Source: Andalucia godoyi And28
Taxonomy: Eukaryota; Protista; Jakobida
Length of the DNA stretch: 64,000 bases
Direction: 5' to 3'
Assembly: GCA_009859145.1 (NCBI GenBank)
Contig: VRVR01000005.1
Coordinates: 277,448 to 341,447 of the forward strand
A model generated the notes under the pieces. The model saw only the letters and a list, made by a program, of their open reading frames with translations. It was not told where the DNA came from and ran no database searches. The first letter of the stretch is position 1, and every line of letters starts with the position of its first letter. Below are positions 12,427 through 23,936 of the stretch, in pieces. The position numbers were made by a program, and so were the translations under genes.

Positions 12427-12641
12427 TGGCCCTCCCCCCATGCACCTTTTGCTCGTACGAATAATACCTGTTTGGTGTTTTTTTTTTCCGTTGTTGTTCC
12501 CTCGGGAAACGTCGTGACATTGTTTTATCATATTGATAGTCAGCGATTCATTTCATATTGGAGTGTGTTTTCCCCCTCACTTTTCTTCTTCTTCATTGTT
12601 TTTTTTTGGGGGGGTGGGAAAAAAGAAGAAAAGAACAGAAA

Positions 12642-15600
12642 ATGAGTGTTGGATCTAGCTTGGATGACAGGATATTCGACTTTTGCTCTAATCTCCCAGT
12701 TCCAACGAATTTCAAAGTGATCCAATCGCCGTCCAAAAGTGGGCTTGTCTATGTGCGGTATCTTGATTTAGATTCTGGTGAGATCTTGGATCGGCATCCA
12801 TTGCTGGAAAGAGCGGTGGAGATTGCACTGCAGGCTTCGCTTCCTTCTGGCTGGAAGCAAGTGGTGGACAAGGAAAGTGGCTATGACTTCTTTGTTCAGT
12901 CTTCCAGCGGAATCGTATCATCGTTTCCTCCGAGCACACTTCCAATTTTACGCGAGCTGGCGTCTGCGCAGCAGCAGGACTCGTATTCAAAAAGCAATAC
13001 ATCTGTATTACCGAGATCGTTTGAAAAGACGAGCTCTGTGTCCGCTCTCTCTGCGCAGTCTGCGGTCCGGCCAAACGAAACGATGTATCCAAAGCTTTCG
13101 ACGTATTCGCTTCGAAGCAGCCTGCGTGTTGAAGTGGAGCACAAAAGATCGCTGCGAGGCTTGACGTCTTTCTTTTCGGACAAGTTGGATGAATGGTCTT
13201 CACAGTTCATCGATGTGAACACGCAAGGTGATCATTCTTCCGCAGCGGCTGACACAAACATCCGGTGCCCAGAGTATTTTTCAGGCTTTTCCGTTCGCAG
13301 GCTGCGATTTGAGACGGACGAACCCACAGAAATTATAGACGTCTTGTCGAACCACAGTTTCGTCTTGTTTGAGCCGACATCAGAGAGACAGGATTTTCAC
13401 TTTGCGTTTGCTTTCCAGGAGCAGCCGAAGAATCATGCAATCGTGTGCGTGTTCTGCGTTTTGTGGAGAACAGCGGACATGTCTTCGATGGCGAAGTTCT
13501 TGTTGAGTCGATCGCAGAGGGCGTCAAATCCTCGCGTTGCAGAGATCAAGTTTGAAACATTGGAAGAAGTTGTTTGTGATGAAGTCGCTTTGCAGCGAAC
13601 CGAGCAACGACTGGGGCCTGATCAAACATGGTCGCTGGTCCTGACAAGAAGTCTTCTTCAGATGATGGACAGTTCTTCCCGGATTCGCCTTCTTCCCGGG
13701 TATCGATATTCTTCTCTGGAGCATTTTCAGTTTCCTGAGATGGTCCATCCGGCTTCCGTCGTTGTTAAGGCGCTGCAATGGCCTGGGTTCTGGCTTCCTG
13801 CAGACGAGAAGCATCACGGACTGTGTTTCGCAATTGCCCTGCTGCGAGTCAGCAATGGATCTCCTCAAATGACAGACTATGAGCTCCGCGTTTGTGCTCA
13901 GTGGACCGATGACGAATCATCCCTTGGATCAAGCGGTTCTCCTCGTTCTCACTCCAACTTGCTAACCGCCGATGAATATATTCGATCGTTGTCATCTGCT
14001 ATTTTGCGCACACCGCCGAAGTGGAAGTCGCCTGGACACAGAATGTACAATGAAGAGGCGATTGTACTAAAGGACCATTATTCCGCGGATGCCGATTGCA
14101 ATCGCGTTGACGCCAACACCATTTCGCAGGAGGATTCCAGACAGCCAGAACCGGCAGAATCTGGAGAATACACAATTCGGTCCCCCCGTTCCACGGATGG
14201 GTTTGTCTATGTGTCGAATCCTTTGTTTCGCGAGGTGTCCACGCGCCCTCTTGTGATGCTGTCGTCTCCGAAGCAAGCAAGCGGCGACGATGCATCGCTA
14301 AAGTCCGACCTGGATTTGCTTCAGAAGAAGTTTGCCATGCTGGAGCATCGGCTACTATCCGATTTTTCCATGCAGTTTGACCGCAGCAGTCCCATGAATC
14401 CCGCGGAACACGCTGGTAGTCCTGCTTCCACTCTGTCTCCGAAGTCCCTGCCGATGTTGCCACCGTCCTCTGCCCGCTGGGACGCAGCCAGTATTGTCGC
14501 GCTGCAATCTCAAAACTCGTCCACAGTGGTGCAGCCGCAACAGCCGCAGTCCGATGGCACCTTGGGGGCTCTGCAGTTGGAGCGAGAAGCTGCTGAGTCT
14601 GTTGGGAGCCCAGCTGTTGTCCAGAGTCCGTCGCACTCTTTGCTGCGAAACCATGCACGCCTTTGTGCCCTTGTAGAGTCTATCGGACTCCAGCCATCGT
14701 CTTTTCCCAGAGTGGAGGAGCTGCAGCGCTTGAAAGATGACATCGCATCTGAAAACGTAGCCAATCACAAGTTGCTTGCAGAGACTTGCCAGATCCAGAG
14801 CCGAGTACGACGAACCTCCTTTACAGGGCTAGCGAAAAATGACAACATTTTCGTGTTATCCGAAACCTCTCTCGGGGTGATGGCAGTTCTCCTTGCAGAG
14901 TTTCGCAAGCGTCCTCGGCATCTCGTTTCCTTTCTTCCTTACGTTGAGGAGGAGGACCTGTATGTTGTCGTTTCCCTCTTGGTGCATGATGTTTTTGGCT
15001 TCTATTCCTCCGACACCACTGAGCTTGCGGAAGTCCTGCAGTACTGTATCAACATGTGTCGACCGTCGGAAGTGTTCGGGGTGTTCACGGAAGAGGTTTT
15101 TTCAAAGCCTCACTTTCTGGCTTGCATCACGCATTGTGCTGCTCTGAGATCCGATGTGTTCCCTTTCTTTCGCCACATAGTAGATCCGATGATCTCCAGT
15201 CGCGAATTTGACGTCGATCTTGACGATTGCCGATCTCGTTCGGAATACGTTGATCGTTTCAGTGCAATAGCAGACATCGCCGCTGCAGCAATTTGCAGAG
15301 ACGGAATCGTCGCGGCTGTTCCTCCGATGCTTTCCACAGTGTTGTCCTCCATCTATCATTCTGTGGAGGCACTTCATTCCGGCTCTGGATTGCAGTGTGT
15401 GATGTCGGCAGTTTTTTTGATTTTCTATCCTGCTTGCATATCCGAATATCTGGGATCACGCAAGCAATGGAGGCGAGATTCAACATGTCGCAATCTTGCA
15501 ATGTCTATGTTTTTGTTCCGGGGCATTGCCTTGCAGCGCATTCCGCTTTTGGGCGATCAGTTTCGCATTCCTGGAGTGCCGCATTTGAAAGAGAGCATAT

Positions 15601-16847
15601 CGGATACGGACCGGTCGCATCTTGCCATCGAATTCTCTGCCGCCATGGAACTTGCAATATCCAGACACCACGATTCGCTGTCTCGCACCATCATGAATTG
15701 GCTCAGAGTTCCAAATGCCCACGGGAAGCGCGTTCTTAGGGCACCCGAGATGACTGGACTGTGCGTGATTTCTTCTCGTGAAGTAGATTCCCTTTTGTAC
15801 ACCATGGTGTCGAATCCACGTGTGGTCCAGCAAGTTTTTGACAGTGCAATGGTGACATTTCTTGAGCCACTGTTCACAGCGTTCGTCAAGTCAAAGTCTT
15901 TTGCCGTGAAGGCACGTGAATCTAAAAAATCCAGCAGGGTTGGGGAAGATGTCAAAAAGCCGGAAGATCGACTGTATTTTGATGACGAGCAACAAGAGGA
16001 GTTTTACGTAGTCCCATGTTCTGAGCGTGTCGATTCTGTTCCTCCACAGTTTGACTCGATTCATGTTCTCGAAAATCTTGCTTGGAGGACTGCGCATGTC
16101 CTGGGAGAGCTGGATGTCTTCAATTCCGACTCTTCTATGACGCCCGAGCGCATCTCAAGGAATTTTGGCGCACATATCCAAGAAACGCTCTCCGAAGAAT
16201 GCCGTGTGCTCGTGCGTGATATTCAGGCGCATCGAGATGATTTCAAAGCAGTCCTCAGTTACTACCGCACTCTTAGGCATTCGATTCGTCTTTGCAGTTC
16301 GATGCAAGAGGAGCTGAAGGAATCTCTTTCAGAACTGAAGAAACGTTCGCAATGGGTCCTGCTAGATGTTCTCTCGTCTCGCAAGAGCGCTGCTACACTG
16401 AAACGCGCCCGTACTCTTCGCCCTTCGCAATACTTTGCCGGAAGTAGAACACGGAATGGTGGCGAGGAGGTTTATGATACTGCGGGTGGTGATATCAGCG
16501 CCAGTGAAGATGCCGACGGGAACGTAATAGAAGAAGACGACGATGACGACGACGGCGACAAAGAAGAAGCAAGCCATACCAGCAGTCATCGTCGCGCTGG
16601 CAATGGCGCAGTAAGAGCAAAGATGGATGGATCATCATTCTCTTCTTCTTCGTCGGCTCGACGAATCTCGTTTTCGGATCTGTTTACCCGGTCTGCGGCA
16701 TCTGTAATTACGTCCAGTAGCAGTTCCGACGCGGCGACGCCTCCAGGAACTCCTCTCTCTCGCAGTAGCTCCAGCTCCAACGCAAGCCGTCCTCCAAATA
16801 GTCCTTTGGCTGTCCTCTTGTCGAATAGGCAGCGCAAGTTCTTGTAA
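12642..16847 (+). CDS. Large protein with degenerate WW domain and RasGAP/IQGAP-like region
   Basis: LPSGWKQVVDKESGYDFFVQSSSGIVSSFPP is WW-like; LLAEFRKRPRHLVSFL...VVSLLVHDVFG resembles the Gap1/IQGAP GAP-flanking segment. Confidence 0.6.
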   Translation: MSVGSSLDDRIFDFCSNLPVPTNFKVIQSPSKSGLVYVRYLDLDSGEILDRHPLLERAVEIALQASLPSGWKQVVDKESGYDFFVQSSSGIVSSFPPSTLPILRELASAQQQDSYSKSNTSVLPRSFEKTSSVSALSAQSAVRPNETMYPKLSTYSLRSSLRVEVEHKRSLRGLTSFFSDKLDEWSSQFIDVNTQGDHSSAAADTNIRCPEYFSGFSVRRLRFETDEPTEIIDVLSNHSFVLFEPTSERQDFHFAFAFQEQPKNHAIVCVFCVLWRTADMSSMAKFLLSRSQRASNPRVAEIKFETLEEVVCDEVALQRTEQRLGPDQTWSLVLTRSLLQMMDSSSRIRLLPGYRYSSLEHFQFPEMVHPASVVVKALQWPGFWLPADEKHHGLCFAIALLRVSNGSPQMTDYELRVCAQWTDDESSLGSSGSPRSHSNLLTADEYIRSLSSAILRTPPKWKSPGHRMYNEEAIVLKDHYSADADCNRVDANTISQEDSRQPEPAESGEYTIRSPRSTDGFVYVSNPLFREVSTRPLVMLSSPKQASGDDASLKSDLDLLQKKFAMLEHRLLSDFSMQFDRSSPMNPAEHAGSPASTLSPKSLPMLPPSSARWDAASIVALQSQNSSTVVQPQQPQSDGTLGALQLEREAAESVGSPAVVQSPSHSLLRNHARLCALVESIGLQPSSFPRVEELQRLKDDIASENVANHKLLAETCQIQSRVRRTSFTGLAKNDNIFVLSETSLGVMAVLLAEFRKRPRHLVSFLPYVEEEDLYVVVSLLVHDVFGFYSSDTTELAEVLQYCINMCRPSEVFGVFTEEVFSKPHFLACITHCAALRSDVFPFFRHIVDPMISSREFDVDLDDCRSRSEYVDRFSAIADIAAAAICRDGIVAAVPPMLSTVLSSIYHSVEALHSGSGLQCVMSAVFLIFYPACISEYLGSRKQWRRDSTCRNLAMSMFLFRGIALQRIPLLGDQFRIPGVPHLKESISDTDRSHLAIEFSAAMELAISRHHDSLSRTIMNWLRVPNAHGKRVLRAPEMTGLCVISSREVDSLLYTMVSNPRVVQQVFDSAMVTFLEPLFTAFVKSKSFAVKARESKKSSRVGEDVKKPEDRLYFDDEQQEEFYVVPCSERVDSVPPQFDSIHVLENLAWRTAHVLGELDVFNSDSSMTPERISRNFGAHIQETLSEECRVLVRDIQAHRDDFKAVLSYYRTLRHSIRLCSSMQEELKESLSELKKRSQWVLLDVLSSRKSAATLKRARTLRPSQYFAGSRTRNGGEEVYDTAGGDISASEDADGNVIEEDDDDDDGDKEEASHTSSHRRAGNGAVRAKMDGSSFSSSSSARRISFSDLFTRSAASVITSSSSSDAATPPGTPLSRSSSSSNASRPPNSPLAVLLSNRQRKFL

Positions 16848-17163
16848 GTGGTAGCACCCACGCTTCGTTTCCCCCCCCTGCTTTCCATTACGAGTCGGAT
16901 GACCAATCTGTAGATAATTTCCCTTCCATTGAATACAACCCTCGAACCCAAACCTTGTCAGACTTTTGTCACTTTCCCCATCTTCTCTCGTTTTCGCTCC
17001 GTCGTTCGTACAGACGTGTGGAGGTCGACTTCGAGTACGCTTTTGCACCTTTTGCACTTTTTTGCGACTTTCATCATCATCACCATCATTATCATCTTAT
17101 TATATTCCCCCCCGTCCTTTATTTTAATTCTTTCATTAGAGAAGAAAGTTAAAGTGCGGGGCG

Positions 17164-19124
17164 ATGACGGTGCATACGATTAACATTGATAGCGATTCAC
17201 TGAATGTTGCAAAGGATAAATGGTCAGCACAAGAAACGCCCAACCAAGTTGGATTGCTAGTTGGACAGGTTTGTTTTTAAAGAGTCAAAAAAACGATAAC
17301 GACGACGACGACGAAGAAGAAGAAGAAGAAACAATGCTCATTTTCTTTCATACCATTGTGCTTGCTTATTTGTGCTCTGTTTTGTTCTGTTTGTGTGTCT
17401 GACGGATTGTTCTAATGTTTTGGTGCTTCTTGCTGTTGAACCTGCTGGATTTTGCATTTCTCTGATTGTAGAATCTCGCTGGGAAAACTCACGTTCTTCT
17501 TCTAGTGCATACTCCTCGAAGATATGACAGCCCGTCTTCAGCTTTGGATGCTGAAGATGATGATAATCCGCAGCTAAAGTGTCCTCCGAAGGATGTATTG
17601 GACAGATCTTACTTGGATATCGATTGGATTGCAATGCATGCACGTCAGTGTGCACGAGGAATACCCGGTGGACTTGATATCCTCGGAATGTACGTCTTGT
17701 CGGACTCCCAGTCTCTTAAGAATGCAAATGTCCAAATTGACCATTGCGCTGCAAAGGTCGCAGGTTCTTTGCAGCGAGAAGACAAGGATGATGGCATCAA
17801 GGCCGCCGCTGGTTTCTTAGCGCAGTACACAAACATATCGTCATCAGGCGCGGGTGAATCGACTGGCAGTCATCGCATGTTCGCGGTAGTGAGAATTGAT
17901 CGAAGTCAGGAGTTCAGACCAACGTGCACTCTTGTTTCGAGTGCAGGTCTTGGCTCGCCGATCGTCACTCCAGCACAGCTGAAACTGTCTTCGTTGGCAA
18001 AGTCTTTTGCTTCCTTTGTTACGTCTGTTCCTGTTCAAATCTCCATCCCAGTTCTTGCGATGAACCGCGCAGAGCTGAATGACGTTGTTCTCAGTGCCGT
18101 GAACCAGCATGTCGATGCAGTAATCTCGGGGGGCATTCTGATGCTGCTCTCTGGACAAGAGCAAACGATTGTGACCGCTGGTGAAAACCGCGAGGTATTT
18201 GAACTTGTTCGCGCTACTGCAGAGGGAGGAGCTGCCATTGGTACCGTCGATGGCGACGCCTCGATCGGAACTTCGAACGTAAGCAAAACCAGTGCAAAGG
18301 GAAAGGCCCCCAAAGCAGCGTCGGCCAGCGTGATTCACGGCGTTCGGTTGTTAGTGGCTGCCAATGCGGTTACCAAACATCCCGTCTCCCTGTTTCCTTC
18401 GCCATCTGCGTCGGAGCCTCTGAGAGTCAGTGGCCACGTGTTTCTGTCAGGCCGAATCCAACTGGTTGCGCAGATCCATGCTCGTCACTCTGCAAACTGC
18501 ATCGTTGCTTGCCTAGCACACGATTTGCACCGATCGCTGACGTCCAGAATGGCGATGATCTTGGATGAACTTGATCATCAGTTTGAATTGCATCATTTCC
18601 CGAATGCGTTGCGCGAGAATCATGTTCCTCGTTCATTTCGATACTCGCTTCCGAGACGAGTGCATCTCCAAGCTTGCGATACACATGCGCATTTGGCGGA
18701 TTTGTTGATATCAGAGCTGGGATTTCTGTTCAATTCAGATCGGGATTGCACGTTGCAGATGAGCGACACGCTCTCAATCCCATTTTCATTGCGTTCGGAC
18801 GACCGACTCCGGGAACATTCGCCGTTTGTAAAGGTGAATCTGGACGAATTCCCAGACGTTTCGCTGGACGCACTGGATAATTCCATGGTCGATCGGCTGA
18901 AGCGATTCTTGTTTGGAGCAAACGAACGCGCCATGTCGAAAGACCAGCTCAAGGACGCCAAGTTGGTCGAGGATAACTTTGAAGGGACCACTGCCGGAAG
19001 AGCCAAAGTCGTTGTCATCTGGTCTATTGCAGTCCTTATCTTCTTCCTGACCTTGTACGTCGTTCTCAGTGGCCAACGGTTGGACAACCCCGTTTTCAAT
19101 CTTGCCCGCAAGTCTCCACCGTAG
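17164..19124 (+). CDS. ODR4: ODR-4 homolog (MPN-like, C-terminal TM anchor); exons 17164-17268 and 17472-19124
   Basis: QVGLLVGQ|NLAGKTHVLLLVHTP and IDWIAMHARQCARGIPGGLDILGMYV, plus a C-terminal hydrophobic helix; the exon junction is in frame. Confidence 0.8.
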
Positions 19125-19656
19125 ACGAACTGTTTCTTATCGTGTTTTATTTTCGTTTTTCACCATCCACGTCCTGAATGATAAAAACGGAATCTCCCTC
19201 TCTTCCACGATTTCGCGTTTTGCTTGTCCTAGAAATTTTTCGTTTTGATTTGGTTATCGTCGCTGTTCACAATTCGGATTTGTTTGAGAAGTCGGTCACT
19301 CTCGGGGGGCCCCCTTTGGCGACTTGATGTTTCGTAGGATCGATTGTCATGCAACGCAATAGTACCAATTAGAACCAATTTGTATTGATGCAATGTGTCG
19401 CAGGCAATACGTAGTCCCTATTCTCTCCTTGATGTTCGACCATCGCAACATGTCAACTTGACATACCGCCGCCTTTCAAGCAGAATCGTCCAAGTTTTCC
19501 AGCTTTGAAATTTTTTCCTGAAATGTGTGTCGTTTTGTTTTCGTTATTATTTATTATTTTTATTTTTTGGTTTTCACTTCACCAGTCTGTTTGCTGTTGC
19601 TTTTCATGTTTTATGTGCGTAGAATTCTCGATAAAAGTAGTTCATTGGTTCGAAAC

Positions 19657-21990
19657 ATGTCTTCAGCGTCCCGTGCAGCCAACCGTCTTTTGCACGAGCG
19701 GTCACCGTACCTTCAACAGCATGCTCACGATGCGGTGAACTGGTATCCGTGGTCCGAAGAAGCGTTTTCCGTTGCGAAAAAGCAAGACAAACTTATTTTT
19801 CTCTCTGTGGGCTATGCAACATGTCATTGGTGCCATGTAATGCAGCATGAAAGCTTCCAAAGCGATTCGACTGGCTCTCTGATGAATGAATTGTTTGTCA
19901 ACATCAAGGTCGATCGAGAAGAAAGACCAGACGTCGATCGGATTTATATGGCCTTCGTGCAGGCGTCCACAGGATCTGGTGGCTGGCCAATGTCTGTTTT
20001 TCTCACGCCCGAACTCACGCCAATTGTGGGCGGGACTTATTTTCCGCCCGTGGATATGCCATATCGACCGTCGTTTATAAAGGTGTGCACGCGGGTGGCG
20101 GCGCTGTGGAAGGAATCGAGGAGCGATCTTTTGGAGCAGTCGTCGTCCATCATTTCGCAAATGAGGGACGCAACGACAAAAGGAAGCAAGAGCGAAGCTG
20201 GACCGTCCATGGAATCCGAGGTGGAAAAGATTGTTGTGAAGACGGTCAATGGATTTGGATCGCAGTTTGATGTTGATTTGGGCGGGTTTGGCGGGGCTCC
20301 AAAGTTTCCTCGGCCTGTAATCTTGAACTTCCTGCTGCGGGCATTCCAGGACTTGAAGCATGTAGCACCTGCAAAGGGAGATGCGGATGGTACGGATTCC
20401 CAGCAATCCTTGAAGATGGCAACGGAGACTCTGCGACGAATGGCGAAGGGGGGAATGCATGATCACATTGGCGGTGGATTCCATAGATACAGCGTCGACG
20501 AGCACTGGCATGTTCCGCATTTTGAAAAGATGTTGTATGATCAATCGCAGCTTGCATATTCGTACCTCGAAGCGTTTCAAATTACCGGTGAAACTGTGTA
20601 TGCAGATGTCGCGAGAGATGTACTCGACTATGTGGCCCGTGACCTTAGAGGCGCAGATGGTGGCTTCTATTCCGCAGAAGACGCGGACTCCCTTCCGTCG
20701 GACACCGTGTCAGATGCTGCATCCAGGTTCGAGGATGCGGAGCATCACCACGGCGAAAAGAAGGAGGGTGCGTTTTATGTGTGGACCCAGAAGGAAATTA
20801 AGTCTATTTTGACAGATGCTCGAGAGTACGAGGTGTTTTGTGCAATGTTTGATGTTCGTGAGAACGGAAACGTTCGCCGTGGGTCGGATCCACAAGGGGA
20901 ATTTCGAGGGCTGAATGTGCTTATGAAGGCGAAGTCTGTGCAGCAGATTGCTCAGAAATTCGCCATCTCTGTAGAAGAAACGCATGCATCCTTGGTCGCA
21001 TCATGCAAAAGGCTGTTTGAAGTGCGGAACACGCGCCCTCGTCCATTTCTTGATGACAAGATTGTTACTGGTTGGAATGGCCTCATGATTGGAGCATTTG
21101 CGAAAGCATCCATCGTGCTCAACGAGTCAAAATACCTGGAGATTGCGCATCAAGCAGCTCGTTTCATTCGAAAGAATTTATTTGCTGTTGTTGGGTGCGG
21201 CGAAGGAGAAGGAGGAGGAAAAGAAGATGTGATGCTGAAGGAAGGCGCAAAAGATCGTCGTCCCGATCTTGTCAAGTTCCCGCATTGCAAGCTCTTGCGC
21301 AATTTCCGAAACACACCTTCTAACATTGACGGCTTTCTGTCGGACTATGCGTACTTGATCCATGGTCTCTTGGATCTGTACCAGTGCGACGGCAATGCCG
21401 AGTGGCTCCAATGGGCGCTTGAATTGCAGTCGACTCAGGATCTGCTGTTCTGGGATCCGGGCGCTGGCAACTATTTCGATACCGACGGTCTGGACCCAAC
21501 CATCCTGATTCGCATGAAGGAAGACTATGATGGTGCTGAGCCTGCAGGAAATTCCATTTCTGTTTCAAATTTGCAGCGCCTGGGAGCCATTTTGAACAAA
21601 CCAGATTTTCTGGAGCGTTCAGAAGCAGTTGTCAAGAGCTTTTCAACACAGTTGCGTCGATTGTCAATTGGTGTTCCGCAAATGATGGTCGGTCTAATGG
21701 GGCAGTACCGGCCCAAAAGCCAGCTGGTGCTCTCATGTCGTCCTGACCAGTCTGATGCGGCGCGGTCGATGCTGCATGAAGCCCAAAGACGGTTTCTGCC
21801 ATTTTCAACGATTGTATTTCTCGACAATGATCGCAGCTCTGCATTCTTATCGGAGCACAATTCGTTTTTGGAATCGATTCCATTCAACGCGACTAATCCA
21901 GTTGCGTACTTTTGCGAGAATTATGCTTGCCAGGCTCCCTGCAAGTCACCGTTGGAGCTTGGCACTCTTCTTGACTCTCGACTCGCCTAA
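19657..21990 (+). CDS. SPATA20: SPATA20/YyaL thioredoxin-domain plus alpha-barrel protein
   Basis: [69 protein letters not shown]. Confidence 0.93.
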   Translation: MSSASRAANRLLHERSPYLQQHAHDAVNWYPWSEEAFSVAKKQDKLIFLSVGYATCHWCHVMQHESFQSDSTGSLMNELFVNIKVDREERPDVDRIYMAFVQASTGSGGWPMSVFLTPELTPIVGGTYFPPVDMPYRPSFIKVCTRVAALWKESRSDLLEQSSSIISQMRDATTKGSKSEAGPSMESEVEKIVVKTVNGFGSQFDVDLGGFGGAPKFPRPVILNFLLRAFQDLKHVAPAKGDADGTDSQQSLKMATETLRRMAKGGMHDHIGGGFHRYSVDEHWHVPHFEKMLYDQSQLAYSYLEAFQITGETVYADVARDVLDYVARDLRGADGGFYSAEDADSLPSDTVSDAASRFEDAEHHHGEKKEGAFYVWTQKEIKSILTDAREYEVFCAMFDVRENGNVRRGSDPQGEFRGLNVLMKAKSVQQIAQKFAISVEETHASLVASCKRLFEVRNTRPRPFLDDKIVTGWNGLMIGAFAKASIVLNESKYLEIAHQAARFIRKNLFAVVGCGEGEGGGKEDVMLKEGAKDRRPDLVKFPHCKLLRNFRNTPSNIDGFLSDYAYLIHGLLDLYQCDGNAEWLQWALELQSTQDLLFWDPGAGNYFDTDGLDPTILIRMKEDYDGAEPAGNSISVSNLQRLGAILNKPDFLERSEAVVKSFSTQLRRLSIGVPQMMVGLMGQYRPKSQLVLSCRPDQSDAARSMLHEAQRRFLPFSTIVFLDNDRSSAFLSEHNSFLESIPFNATNPVAYFCENYACQAPCKSPLELGTLLDSRLA

Positions 21991-22109
21991 ATCCAACGTC
22001 ATGCAATCCTGCCAAAGAAGTAAACCTACCCTTGTTTATCGTCGTCCCCCAGACAGCCTCCTCCTCGCGTCTCTCATGTATGACGCACTCACTGTGTCTT
22101 TTTGTCGAT

Positions 22110-22400
22110 TCAGAAAACTGAGCCTACAAAGAAAAAGACGCGTGAAGCACAGGACGCCTTTAGTTCAACATTTCCACCGACTGTTCTTGCTGTTTCGTGC
22201 CCACAGCCACACGACATCCTTGACACGCTTTCCTCCTCCGCCTTGGCATTTCTCAGAACTTCAGATGCCGTTGCCAGAAAGACAGGGCTGGGATCAAGAC
22301 CAATCATTCGCGCAGTGGCGAGCAAGACCTACTCTCCTGACGTCTCACTCATCTGCGTCTGTCGCAATTCCCATTTCTTGACAACAAAGGGCTAGGAGTA
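22110..22400 (-). pseudogene. Possible degraded TnpB/Fanzor fragment (RuvC-I-like plus Cys-knuckle-like)
   Basis: ARMIGLDPS (22287-22313) and SCGCGH...VGG (22197-22214) in one stop-interrupted frame; the spacing is too short for an intact protein. Confidence 0.3.
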
Positions 22401-23228
22401 TACTGGTGAAAACACACCGCGACGCCTCATCGCTATTGGAGCATCAATCACGGATTGTTTGCATGTCAACAATCCTGGCTGCGTCATCAACGAATGGAGA
22501 ACCCGTTGGTGTCAACACGAAGTTCGGGGATCCTTCGTTGACGAAGAGGAACCGTTCATGCCTTCAAAAAGATATGCAGAGTCAGAGAACGAAGTGTTGG
22601 GTGAAATACGAAAAAGGAAGATTCCGACGCCAGCCTCGACAAGAGGTTTTCGTTTTCGGCGTGTCGCGATCCTCAATGCCTGACAGTAAAGAAGGAAAGA
22701 AACCAAAAAGAAAGAAAGAGAAAGAAAATTCGCGGGAGCTGTTTCCGTGGGTGAGCGAGGCGGGGAAACTTTTTCTGCAAGACATCGAGAGAGAGAGAGA
22801 GAGAGAGAGAGCAAGTAGGTAAAAAATGCGGAATGGCAATAAGTGAAACGCGTTGAGAGTCTCTAGCTTTTTCCTGGTTCCCAAGTCCAAACGGTTTCCA
22901 ACGAGTGCACTGATGGATCAGTTCGAGAGCTCTGAACGAAAACATAGAGTATTTTTGTTTTGGGGTGCGCAGACCCACGGGTGTCCCACTCAAAAGGCTG
23001 ATGCGGATAAATCTGTCTGAGGCACAGCATGCAAGACAAACGTTTGGAGAGGCTTTGGGTTGGAGAGGGTAAACACTGTACTTTCATAAAATTCAATTCA
23101 GAAATTCCAGCAATTCCTCAGGCCGTTCTTCGTTTTCCCCTTTCCGTTTCTCTCGTTGCACCTTGGACTTCAGAAAGAATGCTTGATGCTGACTGTCCGA
23201 GAATACATTCAAACTCAAAGAAACTGAC

Positions 23229-23330
23229 GCCTTCAATATACACTGAACTAGCATATCCACGAATAGACATGCATACTCAGTCTTGCATACCGTTGCCGGG
23301 AAGGGGATAGGCCCCAACACGCCTCACGGC
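23229..23330 (-). ncRNA. Putative omega-RNA (reRNA) scaffold
   Basis: Minus-strand GGGG-CCUAU-CCCC stem, CCG-GCAA-CGG, a 9-bp stem with UUCG loop and two G-U pairs (23251-23272), and a terminal AGGC complementary to GCCU. Confidence 0.6.
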
Positions 23331-23550
23331 GTTCTTCAGATAGATGTTCCGCGCTCCGTTCCCAATCTCGATCAATCGGTGAACCACTTTCTCAGCGTGA
23401 CACGTTGTTCCTGAGAAGGGTGCATTTTGATTTTGACAGCCCTAGCAGCAGGCATAGTGACACGTGGTCTCTTAGGAGGTCTGCGGGACCTAGTAGGCCC
23501 TGTATCGAGCGGCGTAGGCGTAGGCGAATGCGTCATCCCAGCGCACTCAC
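23229..23550 (-). mobile_element. Internally deleted non-autonomous Fanzor2/IS607-TnpB-like element
   Basis: A 54-aa ORF at 23536-23372 ends ...PPKRPRVTMPAARAVKIKMHPSQEQRVTLRKWF (HTH_OrfB_IS605-like). It abuts IDRDW-NGARNIYLKNA (23376-23328, one extra G; RuvC-III-like), followed by a structured tail. Confidence 0.75.
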
Positions 23551-23936
23551 GCCCCTATTTGAATAAAAAAGTGGACCCAAAAAAAGTGAAACCAACGAAT
23601 GATAGAATAGATGGCTACGGATGCTGCGTTAAAGAGTGTCGAGAATGCGGAGCGTGTGTCACCGGCTGAATTTTGGCCGAGCGTGCGTAAGCACAAATTC
23701 CCACAATGACTTGTCATTATTCAACGGTAAGGTGCGTGCAGACAGACCGAAAACGGAGTATTTTTTCTCGAGTAGTTGGTTGGTTAATTTTGTTTTGGTT
23801 TTCTTTGTTCGTTTCCAAAATCGTAGGTGTACTGTTGGGTGCGCTATTTGTGATCTTCACTTTCAGTACCCATCCCCCCCTCCCCCTCCTCCTCCTCCTC
23901 CTCCTCCTCTCCTTCTTTTCTGTTTGGGTTGGAAAA

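Noticed and set aside
22965-22982. GTGGGTCTGCGC matching the 32.47 kb copy at 11 of 12 bases
   Set aside because: The match is too short, and the downstream scaffold features are not convincing.
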